Source: an uncultured bacterium (GTDB lineage: Bacteria; Abyssobacteria; SURF-5). From it: DNA of 13,809 nucleotides. Under the pieces are notes generated by a model. The model was not told the DNA's origin, ran no database searches, and was given only the letters and a program-made list of their open reading frames with translations. Made by a program: the position numbers and the translations under genes. Shown piece after piece: positions 1 through 8,572 of the stretch (the stretch's first letter is position 1; every line of letters starts with the position of its first letter). Location of the stretch: NCBI GenBank assembly GCA_964510165.1, contig CAZEBC010000038.1:11850-25658 (forward strand). The letters are read 5' to 3'.

Positions 1-583
1 AGCTTTGCTTCTCGAGACCCTTCGCACATAACCCATAGGCAATGCACACCATTGCCGCCGCGAGCATCTCGCTTATGCCGGACCCGGCCAGAAAGGAGAA
101 CCCGGGAATAGTCACTAACACGAGCGCCGAGACCGCCGCCGAGATCGGACGCCTTTGAAAGAAATAGTAGCAGAAAAAACCCAAGATCATCAGCAATCCT
201 AGAATCTGGTTGGTGCGAAACGGCGCGAGGATGACGCTATCAGGAGAAAGAAGGGCCACCGCCGGCAACATGGCAATAGAATAGCCAAAGGGATACAGTG
301 GAGGAAACTCTTCCGTTCCGATCTGGATTGTGTACCGGTGTTTGTGGTAAAGAGAAACCGCTCCGGCGAAGTATTCCGTTGCATCGGGACGGGGCTCAAG
401 ATCAAGATAAGGCGTATTGCGATAATCGATCCGGAGCGTTGTCAGCGCATAGTAAGATATCGCCGTGAGAAGCGCCGCAAGCGCAATCATCTCAAGAACG
501 GAAAGAGGGATCTTCCCATGCGCCTCTTGTGAGATGACGTTATTCTGTTGGCAACAGCGGCCGGTTCCCAAGCCCTCACCCAT
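1..583 (-). CDS. Polytopic membrane protein, probable GT-C fold glycosyltransferase (PMT/ArnT-like); 3' end runs off the window
   Basis: My translation: open frame from ATG 583 (in-frame TAA just upstream; alternative ATG at 490) to the edge. First TM helix (MIALAALLTAISYYAL), then an acidic loop RPDATEYFAGA and PPLYPFGYS, further TM helices, and SGISEML. This layout is typical of GT-C enzymes. Confidence 0.65.
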   Translation of the reverse strand, partial: MGEGLGTGRCCQQNNVISQEAHGKIPLSVLEMIALAALLTAISYYALTTLRIDYRNTPYLDLEPRPDATEYFAGAVSLYHKHRYTIQIGTEEFPPLYPFGYSIAMLPAVALLSPDSVILAPFRTNQILGLLMILGFFCYYFFQRRPISAAVSALVLVTIPGFSFLAGSGISEMLAAAMVCIAYGLCAKGLEKQS

Positions 584-610
584 TTTGTGTTACCAGAAGC
601 ATCATTTGGA

Positions 611-1324
611 CTACCCGCCGAGATATGCGGTGCGGATTTCCTCGCTGTTCAGGAGTTCCTCGCCGGCGCCTTGGAGCGTGATCCGGCCGGTTTGCATGAC
701 GTAGCCGCGTTTGGCGATCGAGAGAGCCATCCGCGCGTTCTGTTCAACGAGCAGGATCGAAGTGCCTTGGCGATTGATTGACTGTATTATCTGGAATATC
801 TGGTCGACAAGGACCGGCGAGAGGCCCATCGAGGGTTCGTCCATGAGCATCAGCTTGGGCTGGACCATGAGCGCGCGGCCGATGGCGAGCATCTGCTGTT
901 CGCCGCCGCTGAGTGTGCCACCCGGCTGCCGGCGCCTCTCCTTCAGCCTCGGGAAAAGCTCGTAGACGTGCTCAAGTTGCGGGCGCAACTTCGAGAGAGT
1001 CACGTTGCGCACATAAGCGCCGACCTCCAGATTTTCCTCGACAGTAAGCTGCGGGAAGATGCGGCGCGCCTCGGGGACGCTGGCAATTCCGTGTTCCACC
1101 ACCTGTGCCGTCGGAAGGCCATTGATCGGCTTTCCTTCGAAGGAGATCGTTCCCGCGCGCACGTGTACCAGCCCGAGGATTGTCTTCATCGTGGTACTCT
1201 TGCCCGCGCCGTTTCCGCCCAAGAGACACACGATCTCGCCCGGTTCGACCTTCAGGCTCACGCCCCTGAGAACTTGTATGTAGCCGTAATAGGCGACTAT
1301 GTCGTTCAATTCAAGCAGAGGCAT
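611..1324 (-). CDS. livF: Branched-chain amino acid ABC transporter ATP-binding protein
   Basis: Walker A GGNGAGKST, VPEARRIF, signature LSGGEQQMLAIGRAL, Walker B MLMDEPSMGL, EQNA switch, C-terminal AYLGG. Start ATG 1324 (MPLLEL) overlaps the livG end by 14 nt. Confidence 0.95.
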   Translation of the reverse strand: MPLLELNDIVAYYGYIQVLRGVSLKVEPGEIVCLLGGNGAGKSTTMKTILGLVHVRAGTISFEGKPINGLPTAQVVEHGIASVPEARRIFPQLTVEENLEVGAYVRNVTLSKLRPQLEHVYELFPRLKERRRQPGGTLSGGEQQMLAIGRALMVQPKLMLMDEPSMGLSPVLVDQIFQIIQSINRQGTSILLVEQNARMALSIAKRGYVMQTGRITLQGAGEELLNSEEIRTAYLGG

Positions 1325-2102
1325 GTTTGCGTCCCAGATACGCTTCAATGACGAGCTCGTTGCGGCGCACTTCATCGAATGAACCTTCGGCGATCTTGCG
1401 GCCGTAATCAAACGCGATCACCCGGTCGGACAACCCTTTGACCATCATCATGTCGTGCTCGATTACCATGAGGGTGTGCCCCATGTCGCGAAGGCGTTTA
1501 AGGTCAGCAATGAATGACCGGGTTTCCTGCGGATTCATCCCGGCGGCCGGTTCGTCCAGGAGCAGCAGGATCGGGTTGCATGCAAGTGCGCGGACAACTT
1601 CGAGCCGTTTGCGATCTGCGTACGGAAGCGTTTTTGCGGGCTCGTTCATCACGGGCAACAAGGCGCGAAACACCGATAGAAGCCTCCGGGCCTCGTCGAG
1701 AACGCGGCGCTCCTCGTCGCGAGTGGCCTTCGTGCGGAGAATGGCGCCGAACGGGCCGGCAGAGGTTCGGCTATGCATGCCGACCATCACATTCTCGATC
1801 ACGGTCATGTTTGCGAAGAGCCGAATATTCTGGAACGTTCGCCCAACGCCTCGCGCGGTAATCTGGTGCGGCTTTAGTCCGACAAGATTCGTGGGGCCGC
1901 GGCCGGGCGCCTGCAGCAGCACTTCGCCCTCATCCGCCTCATAAACGCCGGAAATCAGATTGAACAGCGTCGTCTTGCCTGAGCCGTTTGGCCCGATGAT
2001 GCTGAGGATTTCGCCGTGCTGCAGTGCAAGCTCAACGGCGTCAACGGCTTTCAGTCCGCCGAACGACTTACTTAAGCGGCGGACGGTCAAGAGTGGACTC
2101 AT
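1311..2102 (-). CDS. livG: Branched-chain amino acid ABC transporter ATP-binding protein
   Basis: SFGGLKAV, Walker A GPNGSGKTT, RTFQNIRLF, LLLDEPAAGMN, IEHDM, VIEAYLG. Confidence 0.95.
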   Translation of the reverse strand: MSPLLTVRRLSKSFGGLKAVDAVELALQHGEILSIIGPNGSGKTTLFNLISGVYEADEGEVLLQAPGRGPTNLVGLKPHQITARGVGRTFQNIRLFANMTVIENVMVGMHSRTSAGPFGAILRTKATRDEERRVLDEARRLLSVFRALLPVMNEPAKTLPYADRKRLEVVRALACNPILLLLDEPAAGMNPQETRSFIADLKRLRDMGHTLMVIEHDMMMVKGLSDRVIAFDYGRKIAEGSFDEVRRNELVIEAYLGRKHASA

Positions 2103-3267
2103 GTTCCTCTTCCGTTTCCTGCAATTCCTGGCGTCGTCGCCGGCTGGGAATCAATCCTTCTGGCCGGAATACCATCATTGCGATCAAGGCGACGCCGAAC
2201 AAGAGCATCCGGATTTGCTGGAATTCACGCAGCTTTTCGGGCAAAGCGGTGAGAATCATCGCGCCGAGAATGACGCCCGGTATGCTGCCCATTCCGCCGA
2301 GCACGACCATGCACACAATCATGGCCGATTCCATGAAGGTGAAACTCATCGGGTCCACGAACGTCATCAGACTTGCGTACATCACGCCTGCGACTCCGGC
2401 GAAGCTGGCGCCGATCGCGAACGCGAGGAGCTTCAGGGCCGGCACATTGATGCCTGCGCACGCGGCCGCAAGCTCATCTTCGCGGATGGCCACCCATGCG
2501 CGCCCGATACGCGAATGATTGAGGCGATTGGCGGCAATCGCGATTCCGACCGCCAAGAGCGCCACCAGAAAGTAGAAGTTCGCCACGCGCGGCAACGCCA
2601 CGCCGCCGAGGCGCAGTCCAATATCCAGCGAATATGGCCCAATTGCGGGAGCGGGAATATCGGCGATCCCTCTCGGCCCGTTTGTCACCTTCTCCCAGTT
2701 GTTGAGGATGATCCGAACGATCTGGCCGAATCCAAGCGTGACAATCGCGAGATAATCGCCGCGCAGCCTCAGCGTCGGGCTGCCCAGCAACACGCCGAAC
2801 AGGGCGGCGGCGAGGCCCGCCGCCGGCAGAATCACCCAGAACATCCACCCAGCGTCGGGATGATGCCGGAAGAAGATGGCCGCCGTGTATGCGCCAATCG
2901 CGTAAAAGGCCACATAACCGAGGTCGAGCAGGCCCGCGAAGCCGACGGTTATATTCAATCCGAGCGCGAGGCACACGTATATCCCGGCCAGCGTGGCGAC
3001 ATGAATCCAGTACGTGCTTCCGAGCCAGACGAATACGAACGGATAGGCCAGGACACACACCGCGATTGTGAAGTGATATGCGCGTGGCCTCCGGCTCAGG
3101 AGGGCCGCAATTCTCCCGAGAAAGTCGAATCGGTAAAGGACATACAGGGCCAGTCCGACCGCCGCAACAAACCCCATAAAAAGCGGGACGTTGCGGATGA
3201 ACAGACCCAGGATGAGCGCGACGAATGCCGTCAAAACCAGGATAATTGCGCCCGCGCTCTCCGCCAT
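2068..3267 (-). CDS. livM: Branched-chain amino acid ABC transporter permease
   Basis: GLNITVGFAGLLDLGYVAFYAIGAY, LRLRGDYLAIVTLGFGQI, SRIGRAWVAIREDE, VVLGGMGS, RPEGL; multiple TM segments. Confidence 0.95.
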   Translation of the reverse strand: MAESAGAIILVLTAFVALILGLFIRNVPLFMGFVAAVGLALYVLYRFDFLGRIAALLSRRPRAYHFTIAVCVLAYPFVFVWLGSTYWIHVATLAGIYVCLALGLNITVGFAGLLDLGYVAFYAIGAYTAAIFFRHHPDAGWMFWVILPAAGLAAALFGVLLGSPTLRLRGDYLAIVTLGFGQIVRIILNNWEKVTNGPRGIADIPAPAIGPYSLDIGLRLGGVALPRVANFYFLVALLAVGIAIAANRLNHSRIGRAWVAIREDELAAACAGINVPALKLLAFAIGASFAGVAGVMYASLMTFVDPMSFTFMESAMIVCMVVLGGMGSIPGVILGAMILTALPEKLREFQQIRMLLFGVALIAMMVFRPEGLIPSRRRRQELQETEEEHESTLDRPPLK

Positions 3268-3269
3268 GG

Positions 3270-4193
3270 TTACACCTTTTCCACTGTCCTCTGGCCCAGA
3301 AGTCCCGCTGGTCTAAAGATGAGAACAGCGATGAGAATAACGAACGCGATTACATCCTTATACGCAAACACGTCCGCCACTCCCGCCGCTGAGAATATCG
3401 CGACGAGCAGCGTCTCGCACAGCCCGAGCGTGAACCCGCCGAGCATGGCGCCCCGAATGCTGCCGATGCCTCCGAGCACGGCTGCCGCAAAAGCCTTGAT
3501 GCCGAGAATAAAGCCCATGTCGAATTTGATGCCGCCATAATAAAGGCCGCTCATTATGCCGCCCGCTGCCGCCAGCGCGGAGCCGACCATGAAGGTCAGC
3601 CGAATCACATGGTTGATGTCAATGCCCATCATCTGCGCGGCCTCGATGTCCTGTGCGATTGCGCGCATGGCCTGCCCGAGGCGCGTCCGCTGAACCAGGA
3701 AATCCAGAGCCACCATCAACACCAGGCTGGAAGCGATTATGAGAATCTGGACGTAATCCACGATGACATCGCTGATATTCATGCCGCCGGAGATGCCGCG
3801 AGGGAAAGGCTGGAGGTCGCGCCCGCAGATAAGCATCACGAAGTTCTGAAGAAAGATTGACATGCCGACCGCGGACAGAAGCAGTGTGATCCGGGAGGAA
3901 TGACGGAGCGGCCTGTACGCGATATGCTCGACGGCCACGCCCACCAGGCTGGTGGAGGCCATCGAGATGAGCACTGCCAGGCCGAGCGCCAGACTGAAGT
4001 CAATTCCGAGGCGGCTGGCTACCGTGAGTACAAACAGACCGATGAAGGCGCCCACCATGAATATCTCGCCGTGGGCGAAGTTGATGAGCTGAATGATGCC
4101 GTAAACCATGGTATAGCCGAGGGCCACCAGGGCATACATTCCTCCCAACGTGAGACCATTAACCAGTTGCTGAAAGAAGCCCGCCAGGCTCAT
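3270..4193 (-). CDS. livH: Branched-chain amino acid ABC transporter permease
   Basis: QQLVNGLTLGGMYALVALGYTMVYGIIQLINFAHGE, TRLGQAMRA, KAFAAAVLGGIGS, RPAGLLG. Confidence 0.95.
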   Translation of the reverse strand: MSLAGFFQQLVNGLTLGGMYALVALGYTMVYGIIQLINFAHGEIFMVGAFIGLFVLTVASRLGIDFSLALGLAVLISMASTSLVGVAVEHIAYRPLRHSSRITLLLSAVGMSIFLQNFVMLICGRDLQPFPRGISGGMNISDVIVDYVQILIIASSLVLMVALDFLVQRTRLGQAMRAIAQDIEAAQMMGIDINHVIRLTFMVGSALAAAGGIMSGLYYGGIKFDMGFILGIKAFAAAVLGGIGSIRGAMLGGFTLGLCETLLVAIFSAAGVADVFAYKDVIAFVILIAVLIFRPAGLLGQRTVEKV

Positions 4194-4194
4194 G

Positions 4195-5343
4195 CTAGTT
4201 GTCGAGGCTCTTCGTTTTCAGGGGGACGAACTTTCCCTGTTCCACCCGATAGAATGTGATTACCTTGTTGCGGGTGTCGCCGTTCTCGTCAAAAGTGGTG
4301 TGACCGATCACGCCGTGGTAGTCGGTTTTCTTGACTTCGTTGAGAATTTCGGCCTTGTCGGGAAAGCCTGTTCGCTCGATGACGCGCGAGATCGCGGTGA
4401 GTAATATGTTGGCGACATCGTAAGCATACGGTCCATAGTTCTGAATCTTGGCTCCGAAGCGCTGCTCGTATTTCCGCATGAATTCGTGCGCCTCTTTCAG
4501 TTCGGTCAGCGGCGCGCCCACCATGCTTACGATTGCGCCCTCGGTCGCCCCGCCGCCCGCGTCAATGAAGTCCTGCCCGAACGCGCCGTCATCGCTGACG
4601 AACTGCTGGTTCATGCCGAGGTCGCGCATCTGCTTGACGATGAGCCCCGCCTCGTCGTACATGCCGCCGAAGTAAATCAAGTCCGGATGCGAGTCCTTTA
4701 TCTTCGTGAGGAGCGCCCTGAAGTCCTTCTCGCCCACATCAATGCCGTCGAAGCTGAGGACATCGATTCCGTGGTTCGGGCTTTCGTCACGCACGACCGT
4801 CGCGAGTCCCTGTCCGTACTGGGTCTTGTCGTGGATGATTGCGATGCGGGTGAAGCCTGTTTCTTTGATCAGGGGCGCTGTGAGGCTGCCCTGCACGAGG
4901 TCGGTGGTGCATATTCGGAATATTTCGGGAAACCCCTGGAGCGTAATCTGAGGATTGGTGGTAGCGCCGCTCATGGCGACCACACCATTGTCATGAAATA
5001 TCTTCGAGGAAGGCAGGAAGCAGCCGCTGTTCAGATGGGCAACGACCGCAACCACCTTGGGGTCCGAGACCAGGGCGTGGGCTGAGGAGACGGCCTGTTT
5101 GGGGTCGGATGCGTCGTCCTTCGTGTCCACGACCACCCGATATCCGCCGAGTTTGTCGGCAGCGTTCCACTCGTCGGCCGCCAGCAGAACGGCGTTGTTC
5201 ATCTCGCTGCCCGCCGATGCCGCGGGTCCGGTAAGCGGCAACACAATTCCCAGCTTGAATATCTTTTCTTTCGGCTTCTGTTCACAGCCCGCGACCGGGC
5301 CCGCCATGAGCAAAACGACAAAAAGACCAATCAGCTTTCGCAT
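4195..5343 (-). CDS. livK: Branched-chain amino acid ABC transporter substrate-binding lipoprotein (LivJ/LivK family)
   Basis: ATG 5343 with GGAGG RBS; signal peptide MRKLIGLFVVLLMAGPVAG-C (lipobox VAGC); motifs PLTG, DDASDP, HLNSG, TNPQIT, HDKTQYGQGLA, DFRALLTK, YAYD, TFDENGD. Actual ligand cannot be determined from sequence. Confidence 0.88.
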   Translation of the reverse strand: MRKLIGLFVVLLMAGPVAGCEQKPKEKIFKLGIVLPLTGPAASAGSEMNNAVLLAADEWNAADKLGGYRVVVDTKDDASDPKQAVSSAHALVSDPKVVAVVAHLNSGCFLPSSKIFHDNGVVAMSGATTNPQITLQGFPEIFRICTTDLVQGSLTAPLIKETGFTRIAIIHDKTQYGQGLATVVRDESPNHGIDVLSFDGIDVGEKDFRALLTKIKDSHPDLIYFGGMYDEAGLIVKQMRDLGMNQQFVSDDGAFGQDFIDAGGGATEGAIVSMVGAPLTELKEAHEFMRKYEQRFGAKIQNYGPYAYDVANILLTAISRVIERTGFPDKAEILNEVKKTDYHGVIGHTTFDENGDTRNKVITFYRVEQGKFVPLKTKSLDN

Positions 5344-5392
5344 GTCATGCGCCTCCGCAATCTCGACACTCTCACAATTCTCATCGAAATAC

Positions 5393-5419
5393 AATATAAC
5401 AGATGGATGAAAATAGCAA
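5393..5419 (-). promoter_or_regulatory. Candidate sigma70-type promoter for the liv operon
   Basis: Minus strand reads TTGCTA-N12-TGT-TATATT (extended -10; the 15-nt spacer is short) in an AT-rich gap about 50 nt upstream of the livK start. Confidence 0.45.
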
Positions 5420-5446
5420 GACAGAACCAACGATGCTATCGGATAG

Positions 5447-8400
5447 TTATCGCAGCTCTTCGGTCCTGGAGGGACAGAAATACCCATATTCGCACAGACC
5501 GCAGTTCCGGCTTGCGCCTGTCGTGCTTGAGAGCGCGTCGAAATCCTCGCTTGCGATCTTGCGGGCGTCCTCGATGATTTCGTTCTTGATAATGCTCAAT
5601 TCTTCGTCAGAGAAATCGCGGACTCTTTCCTCGCCGCTGGAGAAGTAGAAGTTGCTGGTCAGGATATTCCGTTCGCCGGAGATGCTCTGCATCGCAAGCC
5701 GGTAGATGGCGAGTTGAAGCCTGTGATGCTCGTCATCGGGCGCCCCGGCCTTGTAGTCCACGATCTTGAGCGCATCGCCTTCGCGGTGGAGCCGGTCTAT
5801 CTTGCCTTCAAACATCATGCAAGGGGGGCCGTCGTCGAGCCGCCAGTTGAACTGCTTTTCCTCGTCCAGAGTTTCGATGCCGGCAAGAGACGACTTCAGG
5901 TAGGTGGCCAGCAGTTTTCTTCCCGATGTACGCATCCTGTTGAATACTTTCTGGGCTTCGCAAAGTCGCTCGAAGATTTCGTATGCGTCGGCGGGCGCGC
6001 CGGTCCTTCTCCTGCGGTGAAAGCGGAGCAGGGTGTCGTGGAGCAGGTTCCCCATCAGGAGCGCATTGTCCGCGTCTTCAGGATGCCGCTCGTCCTGGGA
6101 TTCCTCATGGGAGGACAACGGCAAATCATAGAGGTATCGCAATGCATATTTCATGGGGCAGGTCCTGAACAGGGCAAGTCGGGAGTAGCTCAGGGTAATG
6201 GTTCGTTCGGGGGGAGCCAACGGCATATGCGCCAGTCTCGAAACCCTCTGAATAGCCTCGGATGCAAGCGTCTTGATATCCTCAACGTCCAGATGCGGCT
6301 TGGGCTTCACTTCAGCCCCCGTGAAAATCGCCGGGGACGGCTCGGCGGCCGGAGCGGCGCAGGTTCCATACAGCTGGGCAAACGATTCAACGGCTTGAAA
6401 GAAATCGCCATCCTTCACGTCCTCTGGCATAGATGTGGTCAGATAGAGGCGATCGCGGGCGCGGGTCATCGCCACATACATAATTCGATTCTCTTCGAGG
6501 CGTTGCCGCTCTTTCAAATGTTCTTTGATGCCGATACCGTACTTTTCGTCGTATCGAACCGTTGGGTCTCCGTTCGGCATCCTCGTCGCAAAAAAGCCAT
6601 ACGTCTCGTCGAACCCAAAGGCGTCGCTTCGGAAACCCAGGGGGAAGGACTTGCTTCCGAGGTTGACGACAAACACGACCGGGAACTCGAGCCCTTTCGC
6701 CTGGTGCACAGTCATGATCTGGACGCGGTTGGCGCCCGTCTCGGCAGGCATGGAACCGACCTCGGCGCCCATCGCATTTTCGAGATACTCGAGGAAATCC
6801 TCGAGCACTGCGCCCGGGTGACGGTCCTCGAACATCGTCGCGAGCTTGTAGAAGAAGGCGACATTGGCGAAGCGCGGGCCTCGCGGGCCCTCAATTGATG
6901 ACAGGTACTTGAGATATCCCGTTCGGTCCAGCAGTTCCGAGAACAGGTCCGCTACGGTGCGCGCGCCCTTGATTTCGGCGAGTTCGTGCAGAGTTCGGAC
7001 GATGCGAGCGATGTTTTCGGTTGACCTGTGAGGCAGCGTGGGTTGGTCGGGCGCTTGCAGGGCATCAAACAGAGTCGCGCGGTCTTCGTTCCTGCGTCTA
7101 CATATCTGAAACAGCGTCGCATCACAGAGGCCTACGAGTGGGCTTTGCAGAATACGGGCCATAGAGAAATCATCAAAGGGGTTTGATATCAGCCGCAGAA
7201 GGGCGAGAATGTCCTTTGTCTCATTGTGCTCGTAGAAACCGAACCCGCCGACGGTGGTAAAAGGCACGAGATGCGAACTCAAGGCCTCCTCATATGGGCC
7301 GGCCGAGCGCACGCTGCGCATCAAGACCGCGATGTCGCCGGGCTTGCGATTATCCTCGTTGACGAGACGACATATTTCTCTTGCGACAAATTCGGCCTCC
7401 GCCTCCCGGGTTTCGCCTCGGAACAGGCGCGCCTCCGGCCTTCCCGAGGCGCCGCGCCCGCCTTTGCAGGCCGGCCTGAGAGCCTGCTCCGACGGCATGG
7501 ATGCTCCGATGAATGAGTTGGCGGAATCCAGAATTTCCTTGTAGGAACGGTAGTTTTCATCGAGCGTGATCATCTCGCCGGGGAAATTGTCCATGTTCTC
7601 CAGTCGCGCTTCTCGCCATTCGTAAATGGACTGCTTTCTATCGCCGACTACCGTGACGTTGCGAAAACTTCTGCTCAGCGCCTCCAGGAGTTTGAATTGT
7701 CCATAATCAGTGTCCTGGAATTCGTCGAGAAGGATATAGTCAAACCGTCTCTTAATGGAAGGGTCGGCGAGCACCAACCGATACGAGTAGAGGATGAGGT
7801 CATTGAAGTCGAGCAGGTCGCGTCTTGCCAAGAGAGCCTGGTAGGCCTCGTATATGTCATGGACGGCATCGAGGAGAAGGCTCTCGTACCTGTGCGACTC
7901 CGCCAGCCGCTTCAATCGTTTCTCTGCGGCGGTCCGACTGTTTGCCCTTGCGGACCTGTCGGTCACCCTTCCTCTCAGCGCGTCTTCAAGTTCTTCATAA
8001 TGCTCGGTCAGCTTTGGGCCGAGCTTTTCCTTGAGGTCTTCGGGCAGGATGAAATGAGATTTCAGACGGTTTATGAGGCGGAGCATATGTTCGCCGAATT
8101 CGGAAACCCTGAGCACCATCAGCTCTTCAAAGCGGCCCGGGTCTGCGCCCAGTCTCCCATCGAGGAAATCGCGGACAACTTCCAAGAACAAGGTCTGCTG
8201 GTCTGTCTCCTCGATCACCTCAAATGCGGGGTCGAGACCAACCAGGAGCGAGCCTTGCCTCAAGAGCCTGAGACAGACCGAGTGAAAGTTCCCCGTCCAG
8301 AGAAGCAAAGGCGCTTCGGACCTGCTAATGAGACCTTTGTCAAGGAGCGCCCGGGTGATCCTGCCGTGCATCTCGGCGGCCGCCTTCTTGCTGAAGGTCA

Positions 8401-8572
8401 GCGCGAGGATGCGGGCGGGTTTGATAGCGTGATGCTCGACAAGATGAATGAAGCGGTGAGTGAGCACGGCGGTCTTGCCGGTCCCCGCGCCAGCGACCAC
8501 TTTCAGCGGCCTGTCAATCGGGAAGCGTATAGCGTTCAATTGCGCCTGATTCGGTCTGAACCGCTCACACAT
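5447..8572 (-). CDS. adnB: ATP-dependent DNA helicase-nuclease, AdnB-like subunit (UvrD/SF1A motor + C-terminal PD-(D/E)XK nuclease), 1041 aa
   Basis: AGAGTGKT, ALTFSKKAA, NFHS, DEFQD, GDRKQSIYEWR, LDENYRS, TVHQAKGLEF, YVAMTRA; nuclease LSYS..CP, EKQF, GKIDRL, IVDYK, QLAIY, CGLCEYGYFC. Start ATG 8572 overlaps the upstream gene's end by 8 nt. The symbol is inferred from architecture and gene order. Confidence 0.85.
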   Translation of the reverse strand: MCERFRPNQAQLNAIRFPIDRPLKVVAGAGTGKTAVLTHRFIHLVEHHAIKPARILALTFSKKAAAEMHGRITRALLDKGLISRSEAPLLLWTGNFHSVCLRLLRQGSLLVGLDPAFEVIEETDQQTLFLEVVRDFLDGRLGADPGRFEELMVLRVSEFGEHMLRLINRLKSHFILPEDLKEKLGPKLTEHYEELEDALRGRVTDRSARANSRTAAEKRLKRLAESHRYESLLLDAVHDIYEAYQALLARRDLLDFNDLILYSYRLVLADPSIKRRFDYILLDEFQDTDYGQFKLLEALSRSFRNVTVVGDRKQSIYEWREARLENMDNFPGEMITLDENYRSYKEILDSANSFIGASMPSEQALRPACKGGRGASGRPEARLFRGETREAEAEFVAREICRLVNEDNRKPGDIAVLMRSVRSAGPYEEALSSHLVPFTTVGGFGFYEHNETKDILALLRLISNPFDDFSMARILQSPLVGLCDATLFQICRRRNEDRATLFDALQAPDQPTLPHRSTENIARIVRTLHELAEIKGARTVADLFSELLDRTGYLKYLSSIEGPRGPRFANVAFFYKLATMFEDRHPGAVLEDFLEYLENAMGAEVGSMPAETGANRVQIMTVHQAKGLEFPVVFVVNLGSKSFPLGFRSDAFGFDETYGFFATRMPNGDPTVRYDEKYGIGIKEHLKERQRLEENRIMYVAMTRARDRLYLTTSMPEDVKDGDFFQAVESFAQLYGTCAAPAAEPSPAIFTGAEVKPKPHLDVEDIKTLASEAIQRVSRLAHMPLAPPERTITLSYSRLALFRTCPMKYALRYLYDLPLSSHEESQDERHPEDADNALLMGNLLHDTLLRFHRRRRTGAPADAYEIFERLCEAQKVFNRMRTSGRKLLATYLKSSLAGIETLDEEKQFNWRLDDGPPCMMFEGKIDRLHREGDALKIVDYKAGAPDDEHHRLQLAIYRLAMQSISGERNILTSNFYFSSGEERVRDFSDEELSIIKNEIIEDARKIASEDFDALSSTTGASRNCGLCEYGYFCPSRTEELR

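Noticed and set aside
1960..3540. 526-aa plus-strand ORF
   Set aside because: Antisense shadow of livM/livH with no recognisable motifs; long antisense frames are common opposite hydrophobic genes in GC-rich DNA.
5344..5487. Longer N-terminus for livK in the ORF track
   Set aside because: It overlaps the adnB end and the promoter region; the RBS and lipoprotein signal support ATG 5343.
8565..8572. Frameshifted single gene or pseudogene at the helicase junction
   Set aside because: Each ORF is a complete motor + nuclease unit, so these are two genes.
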